Assembly (NCBI GenBank): GCA_963712035.1
Contig: CAVQGL010000004.1
Span: 458-64,457, forward strand
Length of the DNA: 64,000 nt
Direction: 5' to 3'
From: an uncultured Acidobacteriaceae bacterium
Lineage (GTDB): Bacteria > Acidobacteriota > Terriglobia > Terriglobales > Acidobacteriaceae
Every line of letters starts with the position of its first letter. Positions within the stretch are counted from its first letter, which is position 1. Below are positions 62,673 to 64,000 of this stretch, in pieces. The notes beneath the pieces were generated by a model, which searched no databases, was not told the origin of the DNA, and saw nothing but the letters and a program-made list of their open reading frames with translations. The translations under genes and the position numbers were made by a program.

Positions 62673-63029
62673 AGGGCCAGTCCGATTTTTAGAACGGCAG
62701 CCTGCCGGGTACACTCTAGTTACTTGCTACTATTCTCCGGTTCATGGTGCGATGAAGCTTGCGGAGCGAATTATGGGGCGAGTTTTTGGTTTTCTCGGTA
62801 GGCCGATCTATCGGTTACGGGTGGAGCCAAATGTGACGATCAAAGTGGGGCCAAATCAGAGTAGCGAAATCAGCTTGTTCTCCGTTTCCAGGCGAGGACT
62901 CGCGATAGCTCCGTAGAACCTCGGGAAGGTGACTCACAAGATCGGGATCGTCCAAGAGGAGTGCCCTGCCGGTGGCGGCTGCATCGCTCTCGCCCTCCTT
63001 CATATTGATCTCACCAACTTGCTCCTTGG

Positions 63030-64000
63030 CTATTTGTCCTGGCTGATTGACACGTCAAGTTTCTTTTTGCGGGTGTCGCACTTCACGAGTAGCGTGTTTT
63101 CGCTTCCCGGGAAAAATCCCTGAATTAGGCTCTGCGAGGCATCATAGGCATCTTGGACGGATTGCACTCTTACCACTATGTTGTGCTGTCCGGGTATTAG
63201 CTGGATGGTGCCAGTCTTCCGCCCTAGCGTGCGACTGAACACCAACGCACGCCGCTTCTTTTCTCCGCGTAACTCCTCGGCGTATACAGGACGATTGTCC
63301 ACTGAGACGGATGCCTGAGCCTCTCGGAAACTGTGTTCAATGGTGATGTTCAGCGCCGAAAGGTTGACCATGTGAACAGTTATGGCCCCGGCGGGAGAAG
63401 GAACGTCTTGCTGGGAAGCACGGTTCAAATCTCGGTGAATTGACAATGCGGCCTGATTCGATACGTGACGCTGAACAGATGTTGCGTCTTGTCTGGCGTT
63501 ATCCGGAAGGGGTTGCCCTGCGGGATTCAAAGATCGCAGAGGTTTCGCTTCCAGGGACGGGTTTAACTCCCCTAAGGCTGTTCCTTGTAAGGGAGCGTGC
63601 GCTTTCGCCACCGTCATTGCCGACGGCGGCTTATTTACTATTCCATGCTTCGACATGGCCCGAATACCGAGCCCGAGCGCGACGAGCAAAACGGCTCCTG
63701 CCACACCCCCTAAGAATAAAATCCTGGAGGATGAGAAAGCTGGGCCGGCCCTCGATGGTTTATTGGCTACGGCAGGGACAGTTAGCGGCGGGGCCGTTTG
63801 CGGACGCAAAGCCCCCGATACCACGGCGGGTATCAAGAACGAGTGCCACTCTTTTTGCGCCAACACCATTTTCGGGATTTGGGCGACGATGGCTTCGGGG
63901 TCAGCTTCGGGTGCCACCGAAGGCTCCTGTCCGATGATCCGCATGATGCCCGTCAGGGGCGAGGCCGGGGTCGTGTACGCCTCGCGCAAACGTTCCAGTT
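63030..64000 (-). CDS. Hypothetical single-pass membrane protein, 5' end outside window
   Basis: The frame is open to the window edge. TM segment ILFLGGVAGAVLLVALGLGI, with a Pro/Ala-rich region before it and a beta-rich C-terminal domain after it. Confidence 0.5.
   Translation of the reverse strand, partial: LERLREAYTTPASPLTGIMRIIGQEPSVAPEADPEAIVAQIPKMVLAQKEWHSFLIPAVVSGALRPQTAPPLTVPAVANKPSRAGPAFSSSRILFLGGVAGAVLLVALGLGIRAMSKHGIVNKPPSAMTVAKAHAPLQGTALGELNPSLEAKPLRSLNPAGQPLPDNARQDATSVQRHVSNQAALSIHRDLNRASQQDVPSPAGAITVHMVNLSALNITIEHSFREAQASVSVDNRPVYAEELRGEKKRRALVFSRTLGRKTGTIQLIPGQHNIVVRVQSVQDAYDASQSLIQGFFPGSENTLLVKCDTRKKKLDVSISQDK

Overview
64-kb chromosomal segment, roughly 58-60% GC with a few lower-GC pockets (about 5.0-6.5 kb and 56.4-63 kb). 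It is most consistent with an Acidobacteriota genome; this is an inference from an ADOP-type duplicated FtsX permease and from GTCATCCTGAGC...CGAAGGATCC intergenic repeats. The backbone is housekeeping and metabolic: GH3-PA14 glycosidase, NUDIX hydrolase, LigD, LemA-DUF2207 pair, thiC, M28 peptidase, vapBC, ggt, proBA, a PLP decarboxylase, pyrG-kdsA ... kdsD, a K+ channel, an aldo/keto reductase, glutaminyl cyclase, a CDGSH protein, a GT4 glycosyltransferase and a sigma54 activator. There is also a sugar-modification cluster (Gfo/Idh/MocA, two DegT-type aminotransferases, ROK regulator, 987-aa secreted glycosidase-like protein), a PAS-GGDEF-EAL protein and EthD. Accessory and mobile content comprises a recombinase-in-trio (RIT) element, an IS5/IS1182-like IS with CTAG target duplication, a decayed RAYT/IS200-like gene with REP-like hairpins, a YD-repeat fragment, and a low-GC islet with a proteasome-type Ntn-hydrolase gene. 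About 15 genes are interrupted as sequenced, by frameshifts (LigD at least 10, the decarboxylase 6) or single in-frame stops, while conserved residues stay intact and neighbours up to 987 codons are uninterrupted. I cannot tell assembly indel error from real recent decay using sequence alone. No rRNA, tRNA or CRISPR array was found. I did not recognise a clear multi-gene novel system. The best leads are: (1) the RIT element, where one base removes both the ritB stop and the ritC start; (2) a promoter-sORF-structured RNA-terminator unit at 6.2-6.5 kb; (3) the orphan proteasome-like islet; (4) a Tat-signal PLP aminotransferase cluster.
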